A stretch of DNA of 63,900 nucleotides, filler included, from Bigelowiella natans CCMP2755 (taxonomy: Eukaryota > Protista > Cercozoa): NCBI GenBank assembly GCA_000320545.1. It is 11 parts of 11 records of this genome, joined end to end, with 100 filler letters (N's around TTAATTAATTAA, not from the genome) between each part and the next. Parts side by side here need not be neighbours in the genome. Positions count along the whole stretch, not along the records: positions 22,607 to 44,874 come from ADNK01003393.1; 10 more parts are not named here. The stretch is one strand, 5' to 3'. How positions within the stretch are numbered: the stretch's first letter is position 1; every line of letters starts with the position of its first letter. Positions 27,200 to 38,367 of the stretch are shown here, in pieces. Made by a program: the position numbers and the translations under genes. The notes beneath the pieces were generated by a model, which ran no database searches, was not told where the DNA came from, and worked only from the letters and a program-made list of their open reading frames with translations.

Positions 27200-28770
27200 G
27201 CAACGCAGTGTCACCCTTGCTTTGGGTCGCACGTGCGACGCAGTGCGTCGCCGGGAGGCTCCACCCAGGTCTCAGGACGTTGCGTGTCGCGAGTCGCGCA
27301 CGCAGTGGTGGACAACTGTGGCGTGCAAACTGAGCGCCACACTCGCCCCTCCCCTTCACAAGGAAGGAAAACCTGAACTTTGCGCGCGGTGCAATGCCTT
27401 TGCGCCCGTTCACTTGCTTCGTGGCCCAAGCGCTGGCGACGTTGACTTTTGCAAAGTTCAGCAATCGTGCGATGCGACGGCGCTTGAGGTTTTCTCCTCC
27501 TGCGCCTCGTGGGCTGTCGTTGTCACGAACTTCTTTTTTTGGAGTTGCACTGCGCCAGGGCGTGTGCCCTGCGTCGATGGTGTTCCACGAAGGAGGGGAC
27601 TTCTCTCCTTGGTCGTCGTCGCCAGGAAACTCTGGGGACAACTGGCTTGCCGCAAGGTTGCACGTTGCTTGGTCGTGGGGAGTCTGCTTTCTTGGCCTCC
27701 GCCGAGGGACTTTTCAGCTTGCCTCGCCAAGTGAAGAACTTCCTTCCACCACTTGTCCTCAACGCGCGCTCCTCGATGAGGCCAAAGGACACGAACTTCT
27801 TTGCACCTGCGCTTGCAGCCGAAGGTGACAAGTCCCGTCCTTTGCTCTCACCTCGCCAGCTCGACCGCTCAGGACCAGAGGAGAAAACGCCACCGCCGTG
27901 GCGTGGTGGTTGGAGCTGCACTTGTCAGCGTGACCGCAAGCAAACGAGCCAAACAACCACACGATCAGCGGTGGCAGCAGCAGCACTGGTTTCCCTGCTT
28001 CGTTCACGTTTTCTCACGAGTGGCTTTCCAAGGTCGTCCAGGTCCTTGAAGTGCACGTGGTGCACTCGCACTCCAATCATTCCATTGGAAACGCTTGCAG
28101 TGGCAGTGTTGGGGGCGGTGGTGGAGTTGGCTGCCTCTGAGGGTGGTTTGGTGGCTCCAGGGACTTTGAGCGTTTCCACGACAGTGGAGCAAGGGAGCCT
28201 GTCGGGAGGAACGGGCACAAAAAGGGAGGCTCACACTCGAGGGAGCGCGTCCCTCACCCGAAAAAGAGCTCCACTTCGAACAAAGTGTCGTCCTCGCTGG
28301 CTCGTGTGCTGGCTGGCGACGTCCAGTTTGGGTGCCGTCCACGAGGGCGCGCCGCCAGAGAGCCGGCCAGGAGGACGAAACTCTGCTCACTCTGGCGACG
28401 TGGTTGAACTTCCACGCAGGCACACCCCGCTGGCCCGAGAACGCCTTTGAAGTCGGAGGTGACACGCGGGCGAAGAGCAAGGAACTGCACCACTCGTTTT
28501 GTCTCGATTGGTGGAAACGGGAGGGAGGAAATCCTTGCACCTTGTTCGTTGCCCGTCGTCGTCGGCCAATGAGAGGAGTCGGGCAGCAAGGCTTGGGGTC
28601 TTGGTCAGTGCTCTTTTTGACTTTTTGTGACTCCGCAAAAGCAAGCAGTGCTCTTCCTCTCCTCCCGTTGAAAGCGCAAGAGCGGCAAACGGGGGTTCCA
28701 CGCCAGGGTTGTTCGTGAGCGCACTCTGCCTCTTCCAGTCCTTGGGGTGCACCAGCTGCCTCTTGCACCG
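27200..28770 (-). pseudogene. Copy 1 of unknown repeated gene unit (frameshifted, ~190-bp insertion)
   Basis: Fragments SLPFPPIETKRVVQFLAL..TSDFK, EDDTLFEVELFFG, NHHATAV and DDDQGEKSPPSWN align with the copies at 33480 and 35369; flanking non-coding sequence is also shared with copy 2. Confidence 0.75.
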
Positions 28771-28799
28771 AGGCGTTCAGAGCGGGCCGAAAACGACGG

Positions 28800-30500
28800 A
28801 GGAGTGTTGGAGTTGGACTGGGGAGGGGGAAGCAGGCTGGTGCACGCAGCAGGGGTGGTGACGGCTGAAGGAGCGATGGGAGCGAAGGGAGGCAATTGGC
28901 TGTCTCAGTTCTCTGTGACGACGTTCAACTCGTTTGCATCGCACGTGCGCGCAGCACGAGTTGCACACCACCGTGCTGGTTGGGCGAAAGGACCTGGAGT
29001 GCGTGCGTGGCGTCGTGCTTCTGGCGAGGCAGGAAGGCACGCTGCTTCTTTCCCCGACACAACCAAACGAGGGAGCTGCAGCGTGTGCGTGCATTGGGCA
29101 CAAGTGGGTGACCTTCGTTTCTTGCTCCTGCTTGCCTTTGCATGGCTTGTGGTTGGGATTGTTGACAGCACTTTTCCACTTCAGGAATTCGTGATGGTCC
29201 TTCGCACACTGTCGGCACTCGGAAGCGCAGTGTCCTGTCTTGTTGCAGGCCCAGCAGACTTGATCTCGGGCATTGCGGTTTCGTTTGTTTCGTTTCCAGT
29301 TGTTCTCTGCCGGACAGTTGTGGCCACTTCCTTGGTCGCAGTGCTGGAGTGGCGGTCTTGTTGATGATCACACTGGCGGTCTCGTTGATGACCATGAGAA
29401 CGCTCTCGTTTTGAATTGCGACCGCGTCCTCGTCCGCGTCCACGCCCGCGTCCGCGCCCACGTCCGCGACCACGTTGTGGAGGGCAATGCGGCCCATCTC
29501 GATTGTTGTGGTTGTCGCAAGTGCAGGTCGGGCGAGCGCATTCGTCGTGATGTTGGGGCTCAGCAGGGGGAGGGCAGAAGCCTTTTCCACCAGCACGTTG
29601 TTTCTCCAAGTGTTGGAAGAACAGCTTGAGTTCTTTGCTTTTGTCTTCTTTCGGCTTTTCTTGCTTGGTGTTGCAACTGGATTGGTTGATCTTCTCTCTT
29701 TGTTTCAGGAGGCGCTTGAGATCTTGAGCGGCTGCAGTGAAGGTGTCACGTTTCTTGTCACTCAACGCCATTGCGATCACTGAGCAGTCGTGAACGGGCT
29801 TCAAGGAGGAAGTCAAACGGTGAACTTCCTCTTCGAGCGTTGGCTCAGCTCCGTTCTGGCGCAGTGCGTTGTGCAGTTCGCTGATCCGCGCTGCCAACTT
29901 TCCAGGGTCATCCCCAAAGTCTTTCACGTTGAGCTCCTGGAGTTTCTCTCGCGTGATGGAGGTGGCGTCGGGACCATCGCCCCCAAATTCCAACACGAGG
30001 GCTGACCAGACAGCAGCAGCTTCGTTCCTGTCTTCCTTTGCGCAGTTGTGAGTCTCAGTTGTGAGTCTTGGGGAGGGCCTGAGTGACCACGGAGAAGGCA
30101 AGGTCGCGCTGCTTCTTGGTCGAGTTTCCTTGGGAGACTGCTGAAGCTTGGTCCTTGGGAGTCTGGCTCAAGAGGCAAGTTCTGGCTTCTTTGGAGTCAA
30201 GAACTGAGAGCATCTCCTGTTCGCCTTGTGGCTTGTTGACCATCGTCTTCGTGGAGTCGAAGACGTTGAATTCTTTCATGGTTTCTTGCAGCTCTCTGAG
30301 GAATGGGAGCTGGGTTGCATCATCGAAGGTTGGAGGCTTGGTTTTCACAGCCTTGACTCTGGCGATCACGCTCGCAAGTTCTTTGAAGCTTGCGGAGGCT
30401 TCGTCGTTCTTCGAGTCCACGGCGGCTCCATCGGGGCGAGAGCCATTGGTGCGAGAGCTGGAGGATCGGGTCATTCTTGAGATGCAGCGGAAGCAAAGTT
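28800..30500 (-). mobile_element. gag: Ty1/Copia gag (decayed), with CCHC zinc knuckle
   Basis: AAAVWSALVLEFG..REKLQELNVKDFGDD..RISELHNALRQNG (Copia gag-like), RG-rich tract, CWACNKTGHCASEC knuckle (~29216-29257); 13-bp tandem duplication CAGTTGTGAGTCT (30043-30068) causes a frameshift; PBS directly upstream. Confidence 0.8.
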
Positions 30501-30511
30501 GGCTCACAACC

Positions 30512-30747
30512 TGTCAGAAGCACCAGCAGCAAAGAGGGCGATGCGGCGGCGGCTAGCTGGGTGGCGGACAACAAAGGAGGCAAGTGCAAGACGGCTGGTG
30601 GGCGGTCTCAATTCTGTGTTCAAGGAGAACGCAGTTGCACGCGCGTGCAGCACAGTTTTGCGTGTGCTGCCAGAGGAAGTGAACTTGATGATCGCGTGCC
30701 GCAACACGACACGTTGCACGATGTTGTGTTGCCATGTCGCACCGACA
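30512..30747 (-). mobile_element. Single Copia LTR (236 bp) between pol and gag, followed by PBS (30501-30511)
   Basis: Minus strand TGTCGG...CTGACA termini, immediately followed by GGTTGTGAGCC, resembling the Copia half-tRNA-iMet PBS GGTTATG(A/G)GCC; purine-rich tract upstream. Confidence 0.65.
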
Positions 30748-30749
30748 CG

Positions 30750-32600
30750 TTCGCCTTGCGCTCCTGCTTGTCGCTGCTTCTGCAGCAACCGCTTGTCGCA
30801 CTTCGGCGAACGCTCGCTGACTGCACGTCGCATGTTCACTCTTCGGACATTGAGTGCCAAGCACTCTGACGTTCCCTGTTCGACGTCTTCCTTCACATCG
30901 TCACCACCAGGTGGAGCGATCGAATTGTCTGCACCTGAGGTGTCGTTGTCCTTGTTGTCACTGTCATCGTTTTTTGTGGTCACGATTGGCCAATTGGGAG
31001 CAGAGGCGGTTGTGCAATGGCCATTGCGGCGTGCATGGCCACAAGGCAGTGCATCGTGTGCAAGCTGATGGAGCGCTGTGCTGGGCACGCCTTGGCCCGG
31101 GCACAATGGCAGACAACACCGTGCACCAAGAGCTTCATCTCGAGCTCACGTTGAACGACATCTCACCTTGCAAAACCCTGGGCGACAGCGCATTCTCCAA
31201 GTCCGAGCACTTGGTCAGACCAGAAACAAAGCAAGAGACGTCAGCTCGCACCAGCGCCACAGGTGTGAAGGAGGCCACGGTGAGAAACAAACGTTTGAGC
31301 AGCACTCGCACAGCAGCAGAGTGGGGCGTGCGTGACATGCGAAAGTTCAGCACTTTTTCGAGTCTGTTTCCGACAGACAAGGGTGCTGCGCTGTTGGTGT
31401 GGAGCACTGTTTGTCACTCACACAACGTCGTGTGCAGACCAGAAAACGTGAACCAAACGCGCAACGTGTTTTGGGCCGACAACGTTCACTGATCACAATC
31501 CTGTGCCATTTTTCAACTTGTCCAAACTTTGTCTGCACTCTGCCTGGCTCGTGTCGCCGTTGTCAAGCATCGTGCGCAGTGACCTCACACTTCTGCCTGC
31601 ACTCTGCCATTGATGCGGATGTGCTTGCTTTGTCGACGCCAGTGGCCCTGCTGCGTCCATCACCACCCACGTTGAACGATTGAGTGTGCGTTTGCTTGGC
31701 CGTGATGAGTGCCATTTTGCTCAGCACTGCCCCCACAATGGCCCCCGTGTCCAATGCTTCCTGCCGTTGTTGTCACGAGCTCCTTCCCGGGGTGAATCGT
31801 TTCTCGCCACGGTCGTCGCTCTTTTTTTTCACTTGGCAGTCACTTCACGAGTTCACGAAAGGAGTGGCACGGACGTCTTCGTGTGCTTTGTCCGCCTTGG
31901 AGCTGGTCACGCGTCCGGACTCACTCGTGCACCAGTGAAAACCTGTCCGACCATCGCAGCTCAACACGCGAACGTGTTCAGCACGATCGAGAACGTGCTC
32001 ACTCTTTCGTTTTTCTTCAGGTGCAAAGAAAACGCCAACGCACCCGAAGGCGGCTGTGTGGGCCACCGAGAGGCTCTCAGTTTCGACACTCTCAAGCAAG
32101 CACAACGGCGTTCTTCTGACCTGTTTGTTGTGTGACCTGATTGTTGCGTGTCCTGCGTGCTGCACAGCCCAGCACCAGGAGCGTGCAGGAAGTCCGGATT
32201 GCTTGAGGTTGGCTCGCACTCTTCTCAGCAAGGTTTGCATCGTGCGTTCGGACGTGCCGTTTTGTTGTTGTCGACGAGGCGTTGGTGGAGTGTGCAACGT
32301 TCCTCCATCGTCAAGGAACTTGAGCAGAGGTTTGATTCTGTGCACTTTCTCCACGTCAGACCTGAACTCCACTGTGGAGACCTTCCCTTGCTTTTTTGCA
32401 AACTCCACGCAAGCCTTTGCCTTGTTGGGTGCCTCTGACTTGGGCTCAAGCAGCCCTGCTCTCAGGTGCCTGGGAGGCTCGTGCACAAGTGCTGCAAAGC
32501 GTTTGCACCCCCTTGGACTTCGTGGCACAGTCTCAACGTCGCTCGTTTGTGCACTCCTTGGCGTGCAGGTGCAGTGCTCGACAGTTCACTTGGCAGGGGT
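30750..32600 (-). mobile_element. pol: Ty1/Copia pol remnant: integrase core followed by heavily deleted RT/RNase H
   Basis: SDVE..GCKRF..FRSD..QQNGTSERTMQTL..R..LKQSGLP..WCWAVQHAGH..FGC is a Copia integrase core. Downstream VRADVSCFVSGLTK and VKEDVEQG resemble RT-RH remnants (weak). INT precedes RT, as in Copia. Confidence 0.85.
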
Positions 32601-33479
32601 TGGGGTTTGTGCAGGTCGTCGTCTTCGGAGGGAGTTGAACCCTCCCCTGCCGTCGCAGGGCAGCCCCCGCGGGGCTGTGGGGTTTTCGAAAACTGAGCAA
32701 GCTTTTCCCGCGCCGCGGAACCTGGTGCAGCAAGCAATGAAAAAAAAAAAAAAAAAAAAGATGCCCCCGAAGCACCTTCAAGAAAGTTCAGGAATTTTCA
32801 TCCTGGAATTGCCACTGATGGGTTTGACCAACAATGGCGCCCGGCTGCTGTCTTTTTCCGCTTGGAGGCGGCTGCTTTGCGGTCTCCTTGTGCCCCCGCT
32901 GGTCAATCGGCCGCCCCAGCAGCCAAGGCACCAACGGGGACATCCCCGAGGGTGCATGCCGTGGAGTCTGGGACCCCTGCATGCTGCACAAAGCAAGCGA
33001 GGCAGGGGAGAAAGACAAGCATGCAATGCTGCTCTCTTCTCTCGCCCCCTGCGCCGCCCATGGCAACACGCGGGCCAAGGACCTTCGTGCGTGCCCCCAA
33101 AGTGTGTTTTCACATGGCGCAGGGGATTTCACGAAAATCAGCGCCAATTTCACGCGGAATCGCTGAAAGCGACCTGAAAGGTGCTCATTGGGTGCCAAAA
33201 TGGCCGTGTTTGGTGCTGCGACAACGGCAGAGCCCAAAATTTTTGACAAAAAATCGCCAAGGGGCATGGCACGATGGCCGCCTGAGTTGACATGACCCTT
33301 CTCCGGCCGATGACACGCACCAAAGTGACCCACACAGGCGTTCTCTGACGTCAACTGGCGCTTGCAGCACACCTCCTGGGTCACAAGAGGAACATCCCTG
33401 ATTGGCGAGACTGTTCGCGGTCTGGAGAGGGTTCCTCTTGTGTCTTTTCATCCCACGTCACTCCCGGCCCTTTCCTGTG

Positions 33480-34760
33480 ACTCTGAGAAGAGCTGCTGCA
33501 CCCAAAAGCGGCTCCACGTCACCACGAACAACCCCCTTTCTGCTTTCAGGGTCAACAAAGGAAGCACTGGCTGCTCTTTGCGGTTTCAAAACTCAAGCTG
33601 ACCAGTGACCAAGAAGTGCGAACTCATCAACCGACCCTTCCTTCCGCCAACAAGCATGGACAACGAACAAGCAGCAAGGACTTCACCCCTTCCTTTCCCA
33701 GCAATCGCAATGGAGCGAGCAATGCGTTTCCTTGCACTCCATCCGTGTGTGACTTCAGACTTCAAGGCGGTCCTTGACGTGTGGAAGTTCACCCACACCG
33801 CCAAGGTGACCGGAGTGTCGTTCTTCCAGCCAACTCTCTCTCAACGAGTCCTCGTTGACGGCAAGGAGAGCTCACGTGGCCAATTGCCCCACGAAGACGA
33901 GACATTGTTCGAGGTCAGGCTGTTCTTTGGAGAAGGAACGCACAAACACGAGTGCGAGCCCACCTTCTTGGGACCGCTCCAGCCCACGGGCTCCGCTGCT
34001 CCTCTCGCGGAGGCACTCCAGGCTGGCAGGTGCCCGGATCCACTCTGGCATTGTGCGGTCGTGGAGCTCGTTCGTCAGGGGACACTCGGACAACTGCAGC
34101 TCCAACCACCACGCGACAGCGGTCGTGTTTCGTTCTGAGTGGTCAAGGGAGCAAAGGAAAGGACCCATCACCTTCGGCTGCAAGAGGAGATGCAAGAAGC
34201 TTTGTGTCCTCCGGCCTCATCGAGGAGCTTGTTTGGAGGACGAAAAGTGGCTGGAGGTTCTCCGCTTGGCAAGGCAAGCTGAAAAGGAGGAGCACGAAGC
34301 CAAAGAAGACGAGTGGGCACGAGAGGCGATGTGCAACCTTGCAAAGAGTGAACCATCGCCCGAGCTTTTCGACGACGACGACTCGTTTGACGAGAAGTCT
34401 CCTCCTTCTCGCAACGCAGAATCGACACCGTGGTGCAGTGGGTGCACAGAGTCAAAGTCTTCAAACGCTGACAGTCCAAGCTGGCAAGGAGCCCAAAGCA
34501 AGTGACATTGAAGCGGTGCCGCAATGCACGACAAGTCAATTTCAAAAAGTTCATCACCGCTTCTCACTTTGTTGAGAACAACTTGCACACGGAAAAGACA
34601 TCGAGCATTGCGCAAAGTGCAACCAACCTTTTTTGTGAAGGGGGCGGGGTGTGGCGCTCACTCTGCCCGCCACAGCGTCCCACCTTGTGTGCGACTCGCG
34701 ACACACAACGTCCTGAGCCGTCCCCTGGCGACGCGCTGCGTCGCATGCGTGGAACGGTCT
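33480..34760 (+). pseudogene. Copy 2 of unknown repeated gene unit (frameshift ~34025)
   Basis: ORFs 33605-34138 and 33855-34505: PLPFPAI..FLALHP..TSDFKAVLDVW..EDETLFEV.LFFG..FLGPL..NHHATAVVFRSEWSR..ITFGCKRRCKKL. Inverted relative to copy 1. Confidence 0.75.
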
Positions 34761-35368
34761 GAGAACGTGCAGCTCGCTGCTCTTGTGTTCTTGGAAAGTT
34801 CTTTCGTTCTTCCTTGGACCAGCGCGTTCTTGGACAAGTCCAGGAACTGTCACAGAACGTTCTGCACGACACAGTGTTCGTGCAGCACGACAAAGGCGTC
34901 GGAACGACGCACAGTGAAAAAACAACGCATGGTTGCATTGCAGGTGAAAGCTTTCTCGGAGCCGCACGCGCAACTTGTGCCTGCTTGCATGCAAACACAA
35001 CTCAAAAGACAACACAACTCAAACACCACAACTGCAAACAACAGTTCAAGTTTCATCAACGCTTTCATGAGTCACGCTCAACCGCCACTTGTTGACGCAG
35101 CAGCGATGCATGCGTGCACCCCAATGCCCGATTCAGCGCAGGACGACAAAATCGTGGATCGCTGTCTCGACAGGCCCGGTGCAAAGCAGGCACGGGAACC
35201 TCCTGTCGGCAGGGCCACGTCTCTCAACTCGTCAGCTGAGAGCAAATGCGTGCTCGGCACATCCCCATTGGCACACGCCGCTGACGAGGGCGATGTGCAC
35301 TCCAGAGTGAGCGCGACAACTCCCCTGCGCCCCAGCTGACCCACGCAACCTTTTTTTCGCCGACAACG

Positions 35369-36150
35369 ATGAACACCAGTCCAAGAACCCCTGTTCCCTC
35401 CCTGCCGTTCCCACCCATCGAAACAAAGAGGGTGATGCAGTTCCTTTCTCTGCACTCTTGCACGACTTCCGACTTCAAGGCCGTCCTCAGTGTCTGGCGG
35501 CTCAACCACATCGCCAGGGCGACTGGAACCTCGATTTTCCGCCCAGCTCTTTCGCGGCGGGTCCTGCAGGATGGCAGCGAAAGCAACCGGTTCCAGCCGG
35601 AACACGAAGACACGACTCTTTTCGAGATCGAGCTCTCGTTTGGGGGAGGAACTCACACACGTGAGTGTCCCCTGAGCTTCTTGGGTCCTCTCCTCCCAAC
35701 GGACTCCCTCGTGCCGGTGGCGAAGACTCTCCAAGTCCCAGGAAGCGTTGTGTGGACTTGGAGCTCCTTTGTCAATGGTCACGCTGACAATTGCAACTTG
35801 AACCACCACGCCACGGGAGTGGTGTTCTCTTCTGAGTGGTCCAGGGATGGCAAGGGAGGCTGGGTGACCTTTGGCTGCAAGAGGCGCTGCAAGAAACTTT
35901 TGTGTGCTCCGCCCACACCGTGGGGCGTGCACACCTGACGTGCACTGGCAGCGCGTTCTCAGGAGTGCAAGAGTCGAAGAAGACAAAGAGGCCAAAGCAG
36001 AGGAAGAAGGGGGCACTGTGCAAAGCTCTTGCCACTTGGCAACCGTCTGCAATGCTCCCCTTGAATTGGTCGACGACGATGACTTTGACGAAAAAGGCTC
36101 TCCGCTCAGAAACACGATTGACACAGGGAACACGCCTTGGTCGGGGACTG
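35369..36150 (+). pseudogene. Copy 3 of unknown repeated gene unit
   Basis: ORFs 35369-35938 and 35871-36275 carry the same motifs (SLPFPPIETKRV, TSDFKAVL, TTLFEIELSFG, NHHATGVVFSSEWSR, VTFGCKRRCKK, ELVDDDDFDEK). Confidence 0.75.
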
Positions 36151-37089
36151 AGTGGGTGTCCTCGCTCCCGTGGCAATCACCACTTCACTTGTTCTTGTCG
36201 CGCTGTGCGTGTGCGTCGTGCAACCAGCCAACAGGTGCGCTGCTGGCTGATGCTTGCATTCGAACGTTGATGTGATCGATGCCATTGAAAACAAAACACC
36301 AAAACCCTGATGATGAAAATGCATTGTGAGGAGCTTGAGCATGCATGCCAAAACAAGCTCCCAAGAGGATGTCACCGCTCGCACGCGGGTCTTTTGACTT
36401 TTTGTCCACGATCACCACTGCGCTGCTCGAGTGTGTGATGAGTGTGTGAGCACGAGTGTCTGGGTGTGACAAGTGACGAAGTGCGCAAGTGCAACGCACA
36501 AGTTGTTTCAACGCACGACCACTCGCGAAAACGTTTCAAATTGCTTGCAAACAGTTCCACAGAAAAGTGTTTGCAAACACTCTTTCTTGTTCGAACGTTG
36601 TTTGAACAAAACCAAGCATCAGTTTCGTGACGTGTGGGCATTGTTTGTTCAAGTCAAGTGCTCGTTCAGAAAATGCAAAAGTGTTTCCAAACGAAAAAAA
36701 ACGTTTGTGCCCAGCTCCACCAGTTTGTCCAACCAACAACTTGATTGTCATCAATTGGTGTTTGATTGACGTCGTTGAACGTCGATTGAATTGAGTTGAT
36801 CAGTGCTGGTTGACTCAGGCAGTGCTTGTCAACACTGATCAACCTCACATCAACGCTGGCCGCTCCAATTGTGGCGGACAAGGCTAGGGGGTTGCACTTG
36901 AGTTGCACGGCTTGCACGTGTGTGCACAACAGGGCTGAGTGGGTTGATTTTGATGGACGTCCAACTTTGCATGCCAGCTTGCGTGCCATGTGGCGAGCTT
37001 GCTGCTGAAGTGCAATTTCGTTGCGCTTGTCACAGCAGTCATGCATTGCAACAAGTGCACCATCAGACTGGAAAGTGATGCAGAGAGAG

Positions 37090-38248
37090 TCAACTTTTCC
37101 TTGCGACAATGACAGTTGTGTCCAAACACAGTGGCCTTCCCGAGCTCAATGTCCTCTCAACCTCACCAGCAATTGCCTTCCTCAGCTCCCCCGTTTTCTC
37201 CTTGCTGAGCGTCTTCAGAATGGGGATGCGTGACCCAACAACCTGCAACCACTTTTGCTGAAATTCGTCGCCGTCGAGACACGCAAGGCTGTTCTTGACA
37301 TGGAAAACAATGCATTTGTCAAATCCCTCGGAGAGGAGGAGCTTCCTGAGACCATCGTCTCCGTAAGTCTTCTGCATGTGAAAGTTCGAGCGTGTTTTGC
37401 GCTTTGGAGTGTCGATTCCACAAGCCTTCATCGCGGCAGGGAGGACGCCGAACAGCGTGCTTTCCGATTCGTCGCCCCAGATTCCTGTTGAGCGGGAAAG
37501 ATGCACATTTTTTTCAGTTGCTAGCTGCGTTTTGTTAGTTTGGTTTCGGTGGTGGAACGTCGAAACACTGCGGAAGAGTCGAAGGATTTGAATGGTTTTG
37601 AGAGGGAAAGTTGATGACAGGTTTACCCCAACAAGCCACGCCACCGGGTCTAAGGACACGTGCAGTTTCCTTGATTGCTTTCATGTGATCTGCGAGGTAG
37701 GAGCATGATGGTGATGCTGATGATAATAATGGTGCTGATGAAAATCGTGGCGATGATGATGACGATGAATGACTACGATGATTGTGATGATGATGAGGAT
37801 GGTGATGATGATGATGATGTTGGTGGCGACGATGACCTGGGATGAGCATGAGACATAGATTTGAGAGAAGGCAGTGAAAAGACTTACTCTCAAGAGAGGA
37901 GAGATCACATGCATCCATAGCCTTAAACTCAACGCTTATGTTTGATTCTGAAGCGTTTGATGACACTCTCTTCTTGGCCAGCTTTAGCATCTCGCCGCTT
38001 TAGAAAACACATCATCCTCGTCATTACCGTTGGCACCGTCTCTATCATCATCATCATCATCATCGTAATATTCATCCTCATCATCACGATTGCCTGTAGT
38101 CAGTAGCAAGGATCTTCGTCTTAGCATTTGGACTTCTTTGTTGGAGATAGTGAACCAGTAGCTCCGTGCTTCAAAATAGAGAATAGTAACGATAAATGTC
38201 CGCATGTAGGCGTCAAAAAAATCCTTCATGCTCCACACTCTTCTCTCA

Positions 38249-38285
<37 letters not shown>

Positions 38286-38333
38286 ATATATAATGTTTGA
38301 TCATATTGATCTATTTACGTAATATCATACCCA

Positions 38334-38367
<34 letters not shown>

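Larger units (their letters stand above)
26230..37363. other. TpA-erased (hypermutated) block of decayed mobile DNA
   Basis: Line-by-line scan found TpA only at 30554 and 36885 (both CTAG). No Tyr in any ORF-track protein lying wholly inside the block. Confidence 0.92.

Noticed and set aside
26230-37363. Dense overlapping long ORFs in all six frames, suggesting overlapping genes or an alternative genetic code
   Set aside because: Explained by the loss of TAA/TAG through TpA erasure; flanking genes use standard stops and Tyr codons.
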